Assembly (NCBI RefSeq): GCF_001194135.2 | Contig: NC_068984.1 | Location: forward strand, 22,585,849-22,649,663 | Direction of reading: 5' to 3' | DNA: 63,815 nucleotides | Source: Octopus bimaculoides | Lineage: Eukaryota | Shown here: positions 63,774-63,815 of the stretch, one piece after another | Position numbering within the stretch: the stretch's first letter is position 1 | Layout of the letters: the number at the start of each line of letters is the position of its first letter | The notes under the pieces: model-generated | Databases searched by the model: none | Seen by the model: the letters and a program-made list of their open reading frames with translations, nothing else | What the model was told of the DNA's origin: nothing | Made by a program: the position numbers and the translations under genes

Positions 63774-63815
<42 letters not shown>

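Overview
AT-rich animal genomic DNA from a gapped draft scaffold: 12 N-runs, most next to (TA)n or other microsatellites. The repeat content (dense CA/TA/GATA/AAT microsatellites, several tRNA-headed SINE families, R4/Dong, Penelope-like, Tx1, CR1-group and RTE retroelements, mariner, Helitron, MITEs) suggests a coleoid cephalopod such as Octopus; this is inferred from pattern recognition, not a database match. I cannot support any host protein-coding gene, so the window reads as intergenic or a large intron. Most of the supplied ORFs are microsatellite, gap or antisense artefacts. Best-supported features: a U6 snRNA copy (30-136, minus) whose 5' end runs into (GATA)n; five or six R4/Dong fragments, most next to microsatellites; a Penelope-like RT+GIY-YIG remnant (17.2-18.5 kb); a second Penelope-like endonuclease with a ~110-aa in-frame low-complexity insert between its GIY and YIG motifs (38.9-39.7 kb); a DD34D mariner fused tail-to-tail to an R4 copy; a complete ~1 kb non-autonomous Helitron; a ~1.05 kb solo LTR inside a SINE; a young SINE with a perfect 14-bp TSD; several foldback MITEs; and two isolated hairpins that are miRNA-like candidates. 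I found no clear new multi-gene system. The most novel-looking leads are the GIY-YIG insert, the U6/microsatellite arrangement, the hairpins and serial insertion into (AAT)n.
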